From the NCBI GenBank assembly GCA_041665925.1, contig JBAYHW010000001.1, positions 102,685-166,684 of the forward strand: a stretch of DNA of 64,000 nt, written 5' to 3'. Positions 61,632 through 64,000 of the stretch are shown in pieces. Below the pieces are notes generated by a model. That model saw nothing but the letters and a program-made list of their open reading frames with translations, was not told the DNA's origin and did not search any database. Source of the DNA: Minisyncoccota bacterium (GTDB lineage Bacteria; Patescibacteriota; Minisyncoccia; Phycocordibacterales; UBA9973). Position 1 is the first letter of the stretch. Each line of letters begins with the position of its first letter. The position numbers and the translations under genes were made by a program.

Positions 61632-63206
61632 ATGAGCTTTGCTAAAGTATATTCAGCTCAAGTGAATCTACTGTCTGGAGCTATTGTAACCATTGAAGTG
61701 GACCTCTCTAGGGGGTTACACACTTTTAGTGTAGTGGGCCTACCGGACAAAGCCGTAGACGAATCTAAAGACCGAGTCAGTGGAGCTATTAAAAATTCCG
61801 GATTTAAATCTCCGAAAGCCCAGAATCAAAAAATTATTGTTTCACTTTCCCCAGCGGATTTGAAGAAAGAAGGGCCGTTTTTTGATTTGGCCATAGCCAT
61901 TGCTTATCTTAAATCTACTGGGGATATAAAGTTTGATTCCGAGAAGAAAATTTTCTTAGGGGAGCTCGGGCTGGATGGAACCTTGCGAGCCGTTCGGGGC
62001 GCATTGCCACTTGCCCAAGAAGCTAAAAGGCGTGGTTTCGAAGAAATATATTTACCGAAAGAAAATGCCGTAGAGGCAGCATTAGTGGAAGGAATTAAAA
62101 TTTTTGGAGCAGGGAGCTTGAATGAAGTTGTGGAGCACATAGCCCCGACACCTAAAGGGGTCGGGGTCCCGACATCGGATAAAGTCCGAGCGTCGGGAAC
62201 GAAGATTCCAGTTCAACCACAAACTAAGGTAAACTATAAAAAAGAACACAAAGGAGCGGATTTCTCTGATATTCGCGGACAAGAGGGAGCCAAAAGGGGT
62301 CTCGAAATTGCCGCAGCCGGCGGGCACAACATAGCCATGTATGGCCCGCCGGGCACAGGGAAAACGATGCTCGCGCGAGCGTTTTCGGAGCTATTGCCCG
62401 AGCTAAGCCTAGAAGAAGTGCTGGAGCTCACGGGGATACACTCCGTGGCGGGAAGCACGCAAGGAGAGCTCGTGTGCTTCCCGCCTTTTCGCGCTCCGCA
62501 CCACACTGCTTCTTATGTATCAATTATCGGTGGAGGGACTTTCCCAAAACCCGGCGAAGTCACCCTCGCACACCGTGGAGTATTGTTCTTGGATGAATTT
62601 CCAGAATTTGAAAAGAGAGTTATAGAATCTCTACGTCAGCCACTCGAAGACAATATCGTCTCAATCTCACGGGCGAGAGGCACCGCTGTTTTTCCTTCCA
62701 ATTTTATTCTCGTCGCAGCGATGAATCCTTGCCCGTGCGGAAATGCTGGTAACAAACAAAAAGCCTGCATTTGCAAACCAGGAGATTTAGATAGATACAA
62801 AAGAAAATTGTCTGGCCCAATCGTGGATCGTATTGATCTTTGGGTATCTGTCGGCAATGTGGATTACAAAAAACTTGGAGACGTCGGAAGCGGGGAGAGA
62901 AGTGAAAATATAAAAGAAAGAGTGATCAAAGCGCGAGCCAAGCAAAGAGAAAGATTTCAAAAATTTGGAAAGAAAATTACTTCCAATAGTGAAATGAATG
63001 TGAAAGATTTAGAAAACATGGTGAGGCTCGCGCCCGAAGTTCGCGATCTCTTGGACAGGAGCGCAGAGAACCTAAGTCTGTCTGCTCGTGCTTATCACCG
63101 AGTCATAAAAATCGCCCGTACTATCGCGGACCTCGAAAATTCAGAAAATGTGGAAGCGAATCATATACTGGAAGCCATACAATACAGACCAAAGGTGAAT
63201 TCGTAA
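61632..63206 (+). CDS. comM: Mg-chelatase-like AAA+ ATPase YifB/ComM
   Basis: An N-terminal Lon-protease-like domain, Walker A GPPGTGKTM, and the C-terminal ChlI-like domain over 524 aa. Confidence 0.85.
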   Translation: MSFAKVYSAQVNLLSGAIVTIEVDLSRGLHTFSVVGLPDKAVDESKDRVSGAIKNSGFKSPKAQNQKIIVSLSPADLKKEGPFFDLAIAIAYLKSTGDIKFDSEKKIFLGELGLDGTLRAVRGALPLAQEAKRRGFEEIYLPKENAVEAALVEGIKIFGAGSLNEVVEHIAPTPKGVGVPTSDKVRASGTKIPVQPQTKVNYKKEHKGADFSDIRGQEGAKRGLEIAAAGGHNIAMYGPPGTGKTMLARAFSELLPELSLEEVLELTGIHSVAGSTQGELVCFPPFRAPHHTASYVSIIGGGTFPKPGEVTLAHRGVLFLDEFPEFEKRVIESLRQPLEDNIVSISRARGTAVFPSNFILVAAMNPCPCGNAGNKQKACICKPGDLDRYKRKLSGPIVDRIDLWVSVGNVDYKKLGDVGSGERSENIKERVIKARAKQRERFQKFGKKITSNSEMNVKDLENMVRLAPEVRDLLDRSAENLSLSARAYHRVIKIARTIADLENSENVEANHILEAIQYRPKVNS

Positions 63207-63228
63207 AAATCTGCTATAATATTGTCGT

Positions 63229-63957
63229 ATGCCTGAAGGTAAAGGACAATTTAAGCAGATGAAAAAAGCTGGGATACGAGACTATCTTTTATCAATGAAG
63301 GAAGCGGGTATTATTTCTCCAAGAAAGACTGACCAATTGATGGCTGACAATGAAAGCAAACAGGAACGTCTGCGTAATTATAGATTACCAACCTTTACCA
63401 CATGGGGTCCAACGGAATCGTTAACTGAAACAACTAAACTTATACCAGAAAGTCAAAAAACTCCAGGACACCGTTTTTTAGTTCGTTGTGCTCCAAAAAA
63501 TTTACAATCAAATTTAAAAATTGAACGCACCATGAATATTACATGGCCAGAAATTGGAGTTTTTGTAAGACAATTACCTGGTGGAGAAGAGAATTACACA
63601 GTAGAAATTCGCGAGCATTGGAATGCTGATTATGGGGGAGCTATTATAGCTAATGGGGCGGGTAAAATTATAGCAGAAATAGCTGAAGGTAATTTAGCTG
63701 AGCTTGAAAACAAAGATTCCAGAGATATAAAAAATGCCCAGATTGATCTTGGGGTGGGGGATATACATTTTAAATATAGCGAAAATACCTCATTGCCGGA
63801 AAAAGAAATTATGATTGGAGCCCTAAAGTATTTCACCCCAACGGTAACTCGAGAGGGTTTAGAAAAATTAAAAATTTATACCGAATTTGCTTATTCAAAG
63901 GAACATGGCTATAAATTCTTTGAAGCTTCAAATGAAGATTTTTGGACAAACATTTAG
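63229..63957 (+). CDS. Hypothetical protein
   Basis: A 242-aa ORF with no recognisable motifs. Confidence 0.3.
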   Translation: MPEGKGQFKQMKKAGIRDYLLSMKEAGIISPRKTDQLMADNESKQERLRNYRLPTFTTWGPTESLTETTKLIPESQKTPGHRFLVRCAPKNLQSNLKIERTMNITWPEIGVFVRQLPGGEENYTVEIREHWNADYGGAIIANGAGKIIAEIAEGNLAELENKDSRDIKNAQIDLGVGDIHFKYSENTSLPEKEIMIGALKYFTPTVTREGLEKLKIYTEFAYSKEHGYKFFEASNEDFWTNI

Positions 63958-64000
63958 TACAAAAAATCATGGAAAAAGAAATTGAAACAAGGTTTCTGGA

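Noticed and set aside
1-64000. CRISPR arrays, rRNA genes, IS elements/transposases or integrases other than xerC/D
   Set aside because: No regularly spaced direct repeats, no rRNA-like conserved stretches, and no transposase or reverse-transcriptase ORFs were seen.

Overview
The window is an AT-rich, gene-dense bacterial chromosome segment (roughly 35-40% GC by eye). Short SD-poor or leaderless starts and the gene content (small YebC, short YidC, NYN, TrmB, membrane-fused SpeE-like proteins) suggest a reduced-genome bacterium, plausibly Patescibacteria/CPR-like. This lineage assignment is an inference.

The window spans the replication-origin neighbourhood. dnaA and dnaN lie on the minus strand and rpmH-rnpA-yidD-yidC-jag on the plus strand, with DnaA-box-like 9-mers (TTATCAACA / TTATCCAC) on both sides of dnaA. 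Housekeeping genes present are polA (5' part), tsaE, pilB, ruvB, yebC, ruvC, tyrS, a class A PBP, ksgA, a uvrD-like helicase, zupT, four tRNAs directly abutting the CCA-adding enzyme gene, murI, xth, xerC/D, rpsO-NYN-pnp, metK behind a clear SAM-I riboswitch, ahcY, dksA-like and comM.

The most conspicuous accessory feature is a 13.6 kb, 11-gene, all-minus-strand cluster (14568-28193). It encodes a VirB4-like ATPase, a VirB6-like polytopic membrane protein, a VirB3-like small membrane protein, a pilin-like membrane segment fused to an M15 cell-wall peptidase, and several secreted proteins. Its gene order matches Gram-positive-type type IV secretion systems, and no coupling protein or relaxase is visible in the window.

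Other unusual items:
- Two GC-rich islands (~4125-4395 and ~39007-39204) sit in the AT-rich background. Each carries an SD-led micro-ORF plus stacked, tetraloop-capped hairpins.
- A perfect 66-nt in-frame hairpin is inserted in the HD domain of cca.
- Two tandem paralogous proteins of about 560-580 aa are packed with CxxC motifs (42281-45736) and sit behind an acylphosphatase-like gene.
- Perfect TTTCA-N2-TGAAA palindromes lie upstream of yraN.
- A family of GC-rich intergenic repeats occurs four times between 47.6 and 59.9 kb, one copy embedded in a 23-bp perfect inverted repeat.
- GC-rich double hairpins follow ruvC and precede pnp.

All calls are from reading the sequence and the supplied ORF track. 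No database searches were possible.
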